Source of the DNA: Raillietiella orientalis
Lineage: Eukaryota
Direction of reading: 5' to 3'
NCBI GenBank assembly: GCA_036172245.1
Contig: JAYWIR010000031.1
Location: 1,488,001 to 1,552,000 of the forward strand
Length of the DNA: 64,000 bases
Part shown: one piece after another, positions 23,008 to 37,400 of the stretch
Layout: each line of letters begins with the position of its first letter
Position numbering within the stretch: the stretch's first letter is position 1
The notes under the pieces: model-generated
Seen by the model: only the letters and a program-made list of their open reading frames with translations
The model's database searches: none
What the model was told of the DNA's origin: nothing
Program-made: the position numbers and the translations under genes

Positions 23008-26000
23008 GGAAGCGTGAATGGGAAAGCGTTGTCATCTCGCACTGCTGAATAAAATGTGCTTCCGATTGCATAGTGTACATATGTATATGTGTGTGTGGAT
23101 ACACACGCAAACATACATGTTTCGGGACGGTCACGCGAACCCTAGTCCGACGGCAGGTTTTTCTGCAAAACTTGCAGCGTGCCTGCAACGTGAACATCGA
23201 TTGCAAGTTGCAGAGGGAGATGCAGCTTGGTACTTTGCAGGCTCTGCGTACTCTTCTTAAACAAGTGTGGCAGATCGTGAGGAGGAGGGGGAGGGGGAGG
23301 AGGAGGAGGAGGGGGGAGGGGGGGAGAAGTGCCTTTGTTGCACACGTTCAGGTGTTTCACTCCTGATGCATAGCGTATTTCGTGTCCATGTGCCTTTCCC
23401 GTTTTCCGACATTTCTGCCTTTCTGCCCCCCCCGCCCCCACCCCTGTTTTGGAACACTGGAATGAGTGCCTCAGTTTTTCGTGTTTTTAATTTCGCATTT
23501 TGCTCCTTCAGAGTTTCTTTTGAGCACTCGAGTGACGTGATCCCAAGTAAATGTGCTTGTTGTATATGTTGGGCGGGAAATCGCCATATTTGAAATGAGC
23601 TTTGAACATGGAGACGAAAAGGTGAGCCATAGAAAATATCAAGGGATTTGCATTTTTGCGACAGGGAGCTTAATGGAAAGTGCAGTGCCGTGAATCCTAA
23701 ATGTGAAATCACATGTAATGTGTGATGCGTTTTGCGTTCGCGCGGGGAAAAGTCGGCGTTTCCGACGTAGGCTTGCTGTACACGTTTCGCGGTTCCCGTA
23801 CGGGGGTTCCTTCTTCTTCCCCGTCGGTACGAAAGGAAGAAAGTGTCGTTTAACGGAGGCAGCACGGTCAACCTTATCATCATGAACACCATGAGTGTGT
23901 GTTTCGACACGCTCATTTTGAGTACTTCCGGAAATTGCAACAGCTGCTGCAGTTCACATTTTGCCCCGTTCGTTCGCACTTTGCAGGGAAAGAAAAAAAG
24001 AAAAAAAAAAAAAAAATGTATGTGTACGCACAGGATTTTCAACAGGCTCAGCAGTTGCTTTCATATGTAATTCAGAATGAATAGCTATGACACGTGAATC
24101 TCAAAAGGGAAAATCGCTTCTCAGTTTTTTCGCAACGAAATGGACCAAAATCGCTGTCAGAATTTCCATGGAGCTTTGTAGGGAGGTACAATGCCGAATC
24201 CTTACACACACACATAAAAAAAAAAAAAAAAAAGGAGAGAAACGGAAGAATATATATATAAAATGATGGTGTCGTCGATGCCTGAACTGACGAAAATGAA
24301 TCCTTCCACGCTCGTAACTAAGCAGTGAGAGAACATTCCCGTTGACACTCCTCACGGGAGGGATTCTTCGAGTTGACGATTTTTGTTATGTGGGAAAGAA
24401 AGAAAGTCGCAGGTTTCGGATTCTTCCTGTTCGGACAGATTGCGTGCTGTGGTCAGCAAGGACAGTCCGTGGCCTGAAATCCAGACCATCTCTGCTGTCG
24501 AGCACGGAGCACAGAGACCTCGGTCTCTTCTGCTTCGTGCTCCCGTTCTGGTTGCCAGCTCGTGGTGTGGAGATCTTGGGGGGCCATCCTAAAGGCAGCT
24601 CGTATTCCATGGAAACGTGCGTCGTGCACCTTTTTCTGCTTTTCTACTACGAGCCCGACTTCTTCGAACGGGAAGAAGTCCACGAAATGGCAACCATTTC
24701 GTGTACTGCTGCAGGACGGGATGCGGATGTGTAATCCTATAGCATGGTGTTACACGTCCGCCCTGCCAAAGTGGCTGTAAACTACACGCTGTGGCAGCCA
24801 GGCAACGGAGGTGGCGGAATCGGAGGAAATCTTATTTTTTTGCCCGTTTGCGAACGTTCTTAGACTTCTAAGATTTCCTTTCGTGTTTCCCTCCGTCAAA
24901 CTCGGGCAGGAGCTGCGGCAGAATACATCTGCAGCCGTGCTCAGGGGCCCAACTCAGAAATGATTACTGTGCGATAATCACTCATTATGAGATTAGGAAG
25001 AGTTGCAATTTGATTTCAAGGCCGTCGTAGTTCCTGGAATCCCGGGGAAAATTATCGCTAATTTCAAAAAAACAGTGTAACCTCAGGGAGCCCGAACACA
25101 TGTATAACACCTGAAAAATTTGAAGAGGGTATCCAGAACGAAGTGTGCAGGAAAACGCAGAGAAAATCCGTCTCATCTGCATGTATTACTGGTCTTAATG
25201 AAGTTCTCAAAAAAAAAAAAAAAACCCCATGTTTCCATGCACCAGAGTTCGCCTTTGCACCACGGTCTATCGACACTCGGCAGCACAAAAGACAAAAAAA
25301 AAAAAAAAAAAGAGAGTATAAATGGTCTTCCATTTCTCCAAAGTGGGCACAGCTTCTTCCTTTCGAATGAATCGAAAGGAAGCCAACATTTCTTCCATCT
25401 TCTGCTTCCCATTCACGAGTGTCCATGCAAACATGACCTTCCTCCAAGCAAACACATTTTCGAGTGAAATTTTCATTCCTGCGAGGATGCACAAATTCCC
25501 TTTTCACTTTGTGCTGCTGAGGTTCTCAAACACTTGGGAACTGACCTCAGCTGGGCTCACATTTCGCAGTGTGTTTCTCCTCTCCTCAAAGGGGATCGCG
25601 TCGCTGAGAATTCTGAAGACAGAATCACTCCGGGGACACACCGTGCATGCAGTGCGGTCGGCAATAAGTGTATGTGTACGTCCTTTCGTTGCAGACGAGC
25701 CGTGTGGTGATCAGAGGTTCCTTTGCGAGGGGCTCGAAGATGCCACATTTTATTTGTGTGACCAATGGCGGCCTTCAGTAGGTCCTTTTCGTTTGCTCCG
25801 TGCTGGAAATATTCGAAAATCTGACCCGGGACGATTGCAGATTACCATTTCATGAAAAGTGTTTTCAATGTCAGGACATGATTATCCTAAAGCATGCGCA
25901 GTTGGATAGTTAACATGTACCGTGCACGCATGTACATTCGTACACTTACGCAGCGTGCGAATGTTCGACGTGCTTTTTATACATGCATATGAATTAAGTA

Positions 26001-29000
26001 GTAGTCATCTACCATAAATGATGTTTCCTATTTCTGTTCGCATATCATGCAGCCTGAAAGTAGACTATTTCAGCTTGCGCATTACGTACCATAACCATAA
26101 TGTACGTATAAATTGTAGCCAGTGTAAGCAATTATGTATGTGCAGAGTTCGAAAATGTTTGGTCCTCGATGGTGTCGCTGAAGACAACTTCATGGAAAAT
26201 GGCAACACTTCCGGAAATTCATCGCAGATAAATGCCTAGTTTTGGGTGCGCTAATTCCAGAAATATCTAGAAAGCAAATGAAAATCAGTCATACGTTTGA
26301 CCTTTTTTTTTTTTTTTTTTGCAGAAGAGTATAAACTACATTGGACTTTTTGCCGTAATTAATATTCTAAGAGGTTTCTTGGATGCGATCGTAATCGCTA
26401 CCACCATAGGGCGGAGATGCTTGCCAAAAAAAAAAACAAAAACAAAAAACAAATTTGTTGTAGTAGTTATTAAGAGCTAATCTTACGCTGCTGGCGAAGT
26501 AATGTGTAATTTTGCATGAAGTTCAAAACAAATCACCTACAATCTCTTGAGGTGATGTCGGCGGACCACAATGTGGGGATAGTTTGATACTAATCGTGCC
26601 GTGAGAAATGAGTATATTCACGCATTTATGATGAAATGAAAGACTGCTCATTTCTGCTTATAAAGAAGACAGGGAAACGACTCTGTATTTTTAACTACGA
26701 ATCTATGACGGATTACTTCCAGTAGCGGGAATATGTCATCGTTATTATAATGTTTAATAGTCATCCGAAAAGTTTATTAGAATTAGCATCGCTTTTAAAT
26801 CCCTTCTAGTAATTTATTATGATGCGCCCTGCTCCTCGAAGATGGCTCCTCGGGAACTTACGATGCAGATTTAGGCCGCACTTGCTTTAATGAGAAGTGA
26901 AAGTCAGAATAAACAAAAGCTTATGGACAAAATGTTTGTGAGGATGTCAATTATCCATGTGAAAGGAGAGAATGAAGCAAAAGCAAAGCAAATAATTATC
27001 TACCTTGTTATTACTGTCAGTATTAAAAATGACACAATAACAATAATAGTGAGATAATTAACATGTTGGATGAGTCATTAGGTGAAATTCACAGTTCTTC
27101 TAGACTTAAGTCATCCACACAAAGCTACTGGAAAGTCAGTATTGCTGTACGGCGCATTAGCATCGCCTCCAAAGTGGAATCCTATGGACAGAAAACGGAA
27201 AAGAGGAAGGGAAAAAACAAAGAAATACAAAGTGCAAATAACGGATTTTGCATGTAAGCTTTGGAACAAGGGATTCGCCAGATTCTCAGATTTTCGTTGT
27301 TCTCCGTAAATGGGGACGATTTGAAAAGCAGTGATCTCCCATGCGAAGAGGTCCAATTTCAAGACCCATCAGGAAATTAGTGACGGGAAGACCCCGCGAG
27401 CATCCGTCAGGAAATGAAAAATTCAGGGAACCAAAACGAAGCACAGTCATTCTGGACCTTTGCGCGAACGAGATATTTGGACGTGGATACAAACAGAAAC
27501 CAGTAAAACAGTACACAACATAAATTATTTCGGCATTTTATATGCATTGCTGTCTCTAGACCACTGACAAGGATATATTACATGAGTTTGCAGTAGTCGG
27601 TGGGAGGATGGAAAACCTCAGTTACTATGTAGCTGAGATAATCGAACGGCAAATAAAGACTTCGGCAATTCTGATAAAGAATGCTTTCCACGAGTACCAA
27701 TTTATTATGCTCCTATAAACGGTAATGGACCGAAGGGCCGAGCCGTTGTAATGAGATAAACTGCTCAAGCATTGCATTATTTGCTGAAGTTTTGCATTGT
27801 CATGGATACCGAAGTTTGGCTAATTTAGAGCGATTGCTTTAAAAAGCTGTCTTTTCGTTCATTTTATTTTCAAGGAATCTATGAGTCTATGTGGTGGCAT
27901 AATTGCTGCAGAACCATCCAGTTCTCTTGAAGGAAGTGTAAACTTACGGTAGGCAAGCTAAAGGACAGCCATTATCTTGTGACTGCAGATGTGGTCAGAG
28001 ATAGGCAAACCGGCCCTTGACTGAAAGTTGGTACGAAGAATTTTCGGCATCAAATGGTGCAAAGTGCGTGCGACAAATAATTTAAGGGAGTCTTATCGAT
28101 GTGTATGTAACTGCAGGATGCAGATCTGATCACGGATCGCAGATGAATTGGTCCGGTATTCAAAGCGGCGTGTGTTCGTGAGGAGGGAGGAGGTGACGAG
28201 CGGGACTATATGGCTGGTTCTGCAGCTGCAGCTGAGGTTGGCATAGCAGCACGAAAGAAGAAATCAGCGTTGCATTGGTGTCACAAATGGTTGTTGCCCG
28301 GATAGAATAAAGCATACCCGTCGTGAAGTGCTCGCCACGATTCTGAATGCGCCAAGTTTTTCCGCTAAAGGTCAAATCAGCCAAATTCAAATGAAAGCAA
28401 AACCGCTTCAGGAAAAGTCCTTCTGAAACACGTATCGTAGTAGTTGTCATGAATACCCTGTTGGAATAAAATGGAATCGATAAAGATAAAGCAGAGCGAA
28501 GACAGCAAAGAGAGAAAGAAAGAGCGCGGACATGGAAAAAAAAAAAAAAAAATCTTCTCCTTGAAATTCTTCATCAATGCTCCCAAAATGTAACAGTGAT
28601 AAACGTTCACTGTTCGTAAGTCGCATCGGGGATAGCAGATGAATGTGAATTCGAATTTGGAAATGTGCGTCATGTGGATGCATTGCGAATGCCATTGAGG
28701 ATGTTAAATGGAACTTCTGCAACTACTAACCTTGCTCTATCTTTTCCTCGTTATTTTCCAAAACGTTCCACCTCGCCCACTCGGGTTTGTTTTGCGTTGG
28801 CTTTGAATAAGTAGGCTTCTTGATTTCTTGTGCCGTGCTAAAACGGCAAGCTGTTCTTATGTCCAGTTCTCATGTTTCCATTACGCAGCATCGTTTCGTC
28901 GACCTCGTTGAGACGCCACAAGAGTCATCAGTGCAGCACATCAACTCAGCCGCAGAAATCTTTTGCGTAGTACTGCGAAAACATTTGCAGCCACTCTCTG

Positions 29001-32000
29001 CGTACGGGGAGCGACTTGATTCATTTCGAGGAATGTGTGAATTTGAAACAACGAGCAGCAAGATCTGTTTCCTGATACTCAAGTGTCAAAATCGGGTGCT
29101 GCGTCTGGATGGATGACAAATGGAATTCAGACTACTGTCCTGGATGCCGTGATTCTTGGAATACAAGAACTATTACGAAAGAAAACGGAGTGCAAAAATT
29201 TCTTCCTTTCCCATCTAAAACGAATGCCTCTTTGTAAACAAGTTCTAAACATCATCATTTTGGCGCTCTTCTAGTCTCGGTTCTTGAGAGCTTACGATGG
29301 AGAGAAATCGGCTCGTGAGGTAAGGACACAAAAAAAAAAAAAAAAAAAAAAAAACAAAGAACTGCGACTACCTACTCGGAACAATCCATCAAGAGACAAA
29401 TTGATGGGAGCTACTCCATCACATTCAAGTACATCTTGAAAACCGTTTCCGATGAAATTTATGATGACGTGACAGTCTGTGCACTGTTGCCGATTATTCC
29501 GTTTTACTTGAGACTGTGCATAAGCTTCCAAATTCGTGTCTCAGTGTTCGCGGTGTACGTTGGCTGAGTAAGATACCGATATATCATGGTTAGTGAGTTT
29601 GTGCGATGGAAATGTGGTCACATAAAATTTTGCGTGATCAGTGTCTCCAGACTTTTAGAAACTGATAGTTACTATACTGAAAAATCAGACGGTAGAGACT
29701 CCAAGTGAAAACACGTACACCTAACTGAATGGTGCATAGTTGAGGTGTACACAAGATGAAGCAAAGACTTACTTTTGGATGCTAGGTTGTTGACACGAAT
29801 GCATCTTTAGGCTGCAGAGAAACTAGTTTGGTTAGGTACGGACTACTTCCTGAAAGACTGGAAGAGTACCAGACTGTCAAATTGCTAACAACTTATTGGT
29901 TTTTATTTTAACATTTGCACCTCTGATAATCTATGAGTAACGAAATCGGAGCCCATAGTTGCATGTATTAGCAGACGACTATCTCGTGGGTGCTTTTCCA
30001 TCTTAAGTCTGCTCTGCTCTTGTTCAAGTCCTGGCTGGAAACGATTCAGAGCGTTGGTTACTATGTCTACGCGCGATCGACATTACCTCAACGATCTCTC
30101 GGTACCGGAATGATTGAATACGTTGGAAAACGTACAAAAGATGATTTGAAGTCTGTGCTTATTCTTTCTTGCAATAACTGGGTTTCCCTGTGTAGATCGA
30201 ACCCGCAACATCTCTCAGATCATGCTGATTGCAGAGACTCACCAAATGCAGGTGACTACTGCATCACTGGCGAAATCTTCATTCCAGGTACGATCATTTG
30301 AACTCGTATCAGCATTCCGTGAAATGATTAGTTCCTTGTTTCTGTATTTGGGGATACCTTAATGTAATGTGCAGGTATTCCTGGAGCTGTTTCATTTGAT
30401 ACCTGATATCAAATGAGCGCTTCTGTGATACTGATTTCACGATTCTATTGAAGAGAAAATGAAGTGTATGATTCTATATCCAATCAAAGTTTATGATGCA
30501 CAGTTCTTAACTTTTAATGTCGTCTGTTTATGAAAGAGTGTGTTTTCTGGTAGGATGATTTGTGCGACATATCTTCACACACTGTTTTTGCGTTTTCCAG
30601 TCATTTTCATATGCAAGTTGAATCTGAACTTGAATACTTAAACGTATGTCGAATTGCAGTTTCTTTCTGGGAGCTGCAGTTCAACTGATGTTTCGCCAGG
30701 ATCCAATGACCATTCTTTCAGCCAAACCGCAGTAATCGCAATTGATGATTTTTTGGAAATATCCTCCATTGCAGTTTCGATTTTTGCATCTCTTAGTAAT
30801 CCATGGGCGACTAGAGATTTCACTAGAAATTAGTGCTTTACAGTCGGTTTGAATGGGCGTAGGGATCGTTCTGTTGCCTACTCCGAGGTGGACAACGAGT
30901 GGTCGGAAAAACTGTAAAAGAATGGGAATGAGCGATGACCTCTCAGTTGGATCTGTGTTTCTGCGCATTCCTGTATCGAACGTGATGTCCTCTAAAGTAT
31001 TTGGAAATATTTAGTACTCCAAACGAGTATGCGAATATGCAGACTCCCATATGATGCGCCGATGTGCACAGTTGTGCGGAACAGAAGCCTAAGGAGACCT
31101 AGTAACTGCTTCTAAGGAGGCCACAGGCAACAGACAATTCAGGTACAACTTTCCTTGGATACAAAAACAAATGGAGAACAATGGTCTTGCTCCCAAATTT
31201 CTTTGCCAACTGAATCTAACGATGATAAATGGTCCATGTTCGTTACCGCGTAAATAGTGGAGTTTCTCGTAATATACAATGAGTAATAAAAAAGACCATA
31301 TGAACATGTTCACAACCTGTTGACACGAATGCTGGAGGATGAAAGATGATCGGTGAGATGAAAGGTAAGTGAATGTTTATCATCGGGGAGCAAACCGAAA
31401 AAGGAAAACGATACGAAAACGGTTCCGAAGAAAGATAAATGGGGAATTTTCCCGAAGTCCAGTCCGAGTTGTATTACCCTGGCATAGCCAAACTTCGTTC
31501 TCACCACGTGCTCGCGTCAGTGGTGAGAAAATTTTTTCCAAAATCAGAGCCTCTGTGAAAGTTGCTGCACTGATTTAGAATTGGCTTGTCGAGTGTCAAA
31601 CGGAAACAGAAAATGCTGCTGATTCTCGAAAACATTGGACGTCACTCTAGCAGGTACAGGTATGTGTATAGGGTATATGTATACTACTCGCCGGTCATAC
31701 CCTGTACGCTGTTCTCAATGAATGGCGCTGTGTTTTAAGTGGGACGAGAGTATAAAATTCCATGTGAATCAGTCTTTTGTGGTTCTCAGTAAGGTTACTG
31801 GGTGTCTGTCTCTGAGGCTGCCGGGAACAAGAGACGGATAGTGAAGAATATGTACTTGTTACCGTTGGCACCACCATTCTACTGTTTTTTTATTTCTCCT
31901 CGTTCTAATAGTTCCTAAAAAAAAAAAAAAAATAGAATTCCTTTCTTTTCAACGAAATGAGCAGTTTCAGTTGCAGAGAAAGATAAGATGCTGGAACACT

Positions 32001-32182
32001 CCAACACCCGAGATTTATTCGAATATCATCAAAAGCAAAAAATTATATGACTGAGTGTATTGAATATTATTTAGAGTTCACTGTATACTATAAGGCGGAT
32101 GGAAGTACGCAAGTTGCTATTGAGAAGGGGCAAGAGATTTTTGAGGTTTTTGCTTCTCTCTCCTCCTCTCCTCTTTCCATAG

Positions 32183-32726
32183 GAAGATCAGTCAAAAATT
32201 CATCTCATGGGAATTCTCTGGGATTCATCGATAACCACCGTAGAATCCACCGGTTTCCTTCCAGATCAGAAAAGTACATTTTCGAACTGGCAAGGTAGAG
32301 CTGTATGCATCATCCAGGAATGTGATCATCTGTTCAAGTAAAGAAGGTGGCGCGTTTTATGGAGCATTTCCAGAATTGGCATGATGCACCTTGAGCGATG
32401 TGCGAATAATTCGTATTCAAATGATGTCGCATTTTCTTCCAATCCCCGTTTTACATTTTCACAGTCTGAAATCCTATCTTTCGGAAACTTTCATCAGAGT
32501 TCTCCAAGCGTTTCTGCAGTGCTCCAATCACCCACCATTCAGAAAGATCACGCTGGGATATACGAACAAAGAGTTGTTTCTGGAGCAGTTTGTTTCGCAT
32601 CTTTATTCAGGGTACCAATTTTGCAGAGTTGTTCTTCCCGATGCTATCTTCGCGGACACACTGTTGGTCAATCTGGTCTATGCACCCCGCTTCAAGTCTT
32701 CTGGCAACTTTTCGTTGGGTCGATGA
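32183..32726 (+). CDS. Candidate exon pair (32183-32294, 32465-32726) of an unidentified gene
   Basis: Pyrimidine-rich acceptors (ctttccatag, ttttcacag), AG|GT donor and matching phase. Joined peptide ..HRFPSRSEKYIFELASLKSYLSETFIRVLQAFLQCSNHPPFRKITLGY.. is open in one frame only. No family recognised. Confidence 0.35.
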
Positions 32727-35700
32727 GCGCCCACAGCCAACTAAGGTGTTTGTTCTCTCAATGCGGAAGATAGGAACCGCTGCTTCTGGTTCAAGTGGGC
32801 CCGGCAGCAGAGTGCCCTACCTTCTAGAGTAAGAATTGCCGAGATGAACAAAAGTATATTTGAAACTTTTAAAGAGAATCTAGAAATACGTTATTTTCCA
32901 ACTCCTTCCATACCCCCCCTCGTAATCATGTGGTCACGTGTCACTTTCCCAATTTGTCCAGTTTCCTTCTTTTGCTTTTGATTTACCCCATGATGCAAGT
33001 GCAGTGGCTTTCATTCTCAAATGGAGAGTGACTTTCGCTTCAAGCGTTGTGTAATTTTCACTCTCCGTTCTTTCGACTTCGCTTGCTTTTCTCATCCAGG
33101 CCATAATCTTAACAGGATCTTTTTTCGAGAAAACTCCTGCGCCTTGTGCCATATCTTGATATCCCGGGAAAGTTCACTGCTGGTTGAGGCGTTCCCACTT
33201 TCCATTCTAGACCTCTCCTCGTATTTCATCATTGCTTTTTTTTTTTTTTTTTTCCCCTGACGCTGTCGATCCCAGTAATCATCTCTTAAGATCCAATCTC
33301 CGGACGCAATGCATGACTTGTCTTTCCTTCGCTGGCGTTCCCACTCTTTTCGGTTCCAGAATCCAAATTCTGTGCTCCCAGTGCTTGCCAGGTTCTCAGG
33401 TGCAGATCTGGACGGGAGTCTTCCGCATCGTGCGTCCATTCTTCGTGGCCTGTTTGCCCTTCGTCTTTGTACGATCAAAGGGCAAATAGGAAGGTTTAAA
33501 GCATCAGGGCTGCAAACGTTGTCTGATCGCGTCACAGCTGAACGCCTCTCAGAGACGAAAAACGGGAGCAAAACATCCAGTAGTCGTGCTGTACGCACTT
33601 TTTCTCATACGCACAAGGGCGCATGCGTGCGGTTTGCTTCGACGGGTGCGTAATCGGCCTGTGTGCGCGCTCACGGTATGTGCAGAAGCAGGGAAACTTT
33701 GCTTCGCAATGTTTTGACCTCGTGGTCTCACCAAAATCCAGGATGACTTTATCTGCTTATTCCAGGTTTTTTTTTTTTTTGTGTGTTTCTTTGTTTGTTG
33801 TCTGACTAATTCTTCAAGATCATGCAGGTAAAGAGTCGACTTTCGAAGTGATAGGCGTCTGCGCTATCGAAGAAGTTTTTTTTTTCCTGGAGAATTTTTC
33901 CATGCTTTCGGTTTTTATGGTCATTGGAGTTGCTTAGTACTCCTGCTGCGCCCAGGCAACAATTTTCTATCAGCCTTCCGCACTTGCCAGGATCTTTGCG
34001 CGCGATGCGATTTAACGTTCCTGCTTGAAAGCATCGCTTCAGCTTTTCTTGCTCTCGTGCAGAGAAGAATTCTGGGCTGCTGTTCCAGCAAGATTGAAAA
34101 TCGACATCTCAGGACCAATTCATTTGCTCCGTCAATATCGGAGAGGGGGAGGAATACAAGGAGTCTTTAAATAGATTTATAGCTCAAAAAAATGGAAGCG
34201 TTCCAATAGAAGGAGACCAGTCTTCCCACATCTTATAAGAAAAAGAATTGAGTGGGAAATGAGAGCACAAATGAAAAAAAAAAAAAAAAAAAAGAGTCTC
34301 ATAGTGTGTGCTTCGTCTATGCAGTCAGATCTGGATCTTTACATCATTCACTGGAGAGGCGTGCGGCAACGGGGAACCGCACACCTAAATCGAACGTACA
34401 AAACAAATATGTGTTCGCATCAGCACTGGAGAAGAGTTTCAGATACCGGTGCAGGCTGCAAGAATTTCTTGTCCAGATTGTGTCAGCTCTTCTCGCATCT
34501 GAGCCGTCGGAGCCACCTAAGCTGAAGTTCCTCTGAGAAGTGTTTTTTTCTGGCAAGAAGAAAATAGCTTTTCATACGGTCAATCTTTCGTCAGGCAGGC
34601 ATGTTGCTCTTTAAATCTTTGTGGATTATTTTATTTCTTGTATAAATCTTGCATTATCCATTCCTTCCACGGGAAGAAATTTCCTTTCCCTATCCTTATA
34701 TAAAAGGACCAAATTTTCCCTACCAACCGTTTGCATTATGAGAGAGTCTCCTCTCATTGGTATATCGTAACTGCCGAGGATTAAAAGGTATAATTTCAGA
34801 AGATGAGTATCCATGATGCTAAAGAATGTATCAAGTGCTTGTTTTCAGTGTCAAAAAGTTCGCCATCATTAGCCTCAGTGGAGGGTTTCCCCATAGACAT
34901 TTCGGCTTTGAAAATTTTTCAGAGGAAGATCGCTTGATTCATTTTTAACAAGAATTCAATCGCCAAGGGTTAATAATAGCCAATGCCCAGCTAAACATAT
35001 GGAACAGGTTGCTTCGAGAGCTTCAGAGAGAATCCTTCTTGAAAATGGTTGCGGAGATGTTTACCAGTCGAGCGATTGTGAAAAGAGCGTTCTTCATGAC
35101 GGTTTTCCTGAGGTCTTTGGCCATGCATTAATTAAGAACGAAAAGGGAATGTCAGAATGTCTACTGGAAATTATCCCCAAGGAAACTGCTGCTGCTCTCG
35201 CTTGAGCATGCTGCACGTCATTAGCAGATATTCGTTCAAGGAATTTTGAGTCCTCGTTCTAATCACGAAATTTTCAAACCTCGGCGAATTCATGCTAATA
35301 GCAATCTCAGGTGCTGTGACAAGAAGCGCGGCAATTTGCAAGAAAGCATGGATAGTTTGGAAAATGATCGGAGGATGGCAACCATTAGCTGGCTGTAAGG
35401 AGGGAGCAAGGGATTTCCGTGGCATGCGCCTTCTAAAATCCTGAAATCGTTGTTCTGCTTAGGAATACCTTGGGTTGACTTTAGGATACCTTGGCTTGCA
35501 TCTAGTGAGAACTATCGGAACTGTTGAACACTTTTCTTCAGGATCCAGGTTTTCTTGTTGCTTTTGGATACTCAAGCTATCGTTCTTCTTCATGACAGTC
35601 AGGTCTTCTCAGTAATTATTGTTTTGCAAGCCATTTGTTCTTCTGTATTCATTCGTAATGAAAGTCATATTAATTTCTTGTTGGGATCTGGTTATTTAGA

Positions 35701-36399
35701 GTGCTCTGCTACCACTTTTTGGTTTGTCCCATTTATTTTTCCTTTCGTGGAAAAAAAAAAATTTTTTTTAAAATATTCGTACTACCCATCGAAAGTTCAT
35801 TATACCTTTTCTGGTACGAGGTAATCGGCTTGAAATTCTATGTTTCTGTATTGAGAAAAAGAATGACAAGCGCAGCGGCTCGCAAGTCTCAAAGCATTCA
35901 ACTGAATGCAAGAATCCAGAAGACGAGAGGGCACTCATTATTATTTTTGAGAAGTTCATCCCAGCAGTACGTGCCGAAGATTGCTCATTGATCTCAAAAA
36001 AAGATGCCTTATCAATTGAGGGAGGGTGGGCGAGAGTGGTGCTTATGAAATTGGGGTTACCGGCAAACCGTGCTGCTTGTTTCTTGCAAACAGGCAGCTA
36101 TTCAGCTGTTCTCTTTCATTTTTGCTGGTTTCACAGTACCTGATTTAGGAACTTTCGATTTTATGTCTAAAATCCTATGTGGTACTTCTGTTTCTGTGTA
36201 TGTTTTCTTTCGTGATCCAGCTAAACCGAATCTATTATGTTTGTATGAGGAAACCTTTGCAGATGTCCCGAAAGTGGGCTTTCATCTTCCCTTGTTCCTC
36301 CCTTCTTTTGTTTTTCTTTGCTTTAGAAAAATTCGAATCTTAGCTTTCTGATCTTTGAAAAAGCACATCTGTCTCCAAGTTTCTCGTTGTCCGTCAGCA

Positions 36400-37400
36400 A
36401 TTCTTGAACGTGCTAAACAAAAGGTTTCTTGATACCATTTCCAGTTTTTGAGACAGCACAGTCTGCACCACTCTTCCAAGTGAAACCCATATCGCCATAC
36501 CACACTTTCGTCTTTTCGTGGCATGCTGCCCGTCGCTCGCTGTTGCCGGATCTGATGGAGCTCCTATCTCGAGTTCCGAATCTCATCAGACGAAACGCCT
36601 CTTCGCTACAGATATCGACTTGGCTTGAATCTTCGAGGATGCGTTCACTCCACTGAACATCAATTTGCTGGGGAAGGAACTCTCATTTCAAAAAATAGAG
36701 CGAGCGGACAGTGCGCAATGCCCCCTTCTGTACGGTACGTCAAGCATTGGCAACTTCCTGAGGATAAATTTTGGGTTCTTTCCACAAGCCAGGGGCCACT
36801 GCTTGAACTTATCCTTAAAATGTTTGAACGCTTCTGCCCTAAAAGAGCTATGGTTTTGGCCTGAGACAGTAGGGAGGAGTTGTCTGCTTCCAAATCCAGT
36901 AGCTGTCTTTGAAACAGATCCACATTTCCTGCTGGCACCTTTTGGAAAAAGGGACTTTGCTTGGGTTTCTTGGGTTTTGAAGTTCCATCCGCTTGCGTTG
37001 TCTATAGAAGACGGATTTGGTGGGACATGATGAGGTGTTTCTTCTGAGTTTCTCGGTATCCGTTCCTGCAGCAAGGACCGGATGCGTCTCAATCGTGTCG
37101 CTTTGCAGATTTGGAATGGCGTGATCTATTAGGATCGGGAACATGATTCACCCGCTACTTTACGATACTTTCAGCCAGTGGAGTGGGGCGGAGGAGAGAA
37201 TCTCCTCCAGTGCGAGCATCTTTCGAAAAGAAGTTGAATCGTAAAAGTACTGCATCTTCCATCATTTTCTTCACTTCTTTGATGAAGGTTACGAATTCGA
37301 ACCAACATGTTGACTCGCGTTACTTTAACTGGGTGTTTCATTCTGAGGTCGAGGCGAAGCTAGGGTACTTGGTTTTCAACGGGAGGACACCAGTCCTCTT
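36400..37400 (-). mobile_element. Possible very decayed non-LTR RT relic
   Basis: FPILIDHAI (LFN..ID) and ASGWNFKTQET (GL.FN..K), in order on the minus strand. Weak. Confidence 0.25.
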
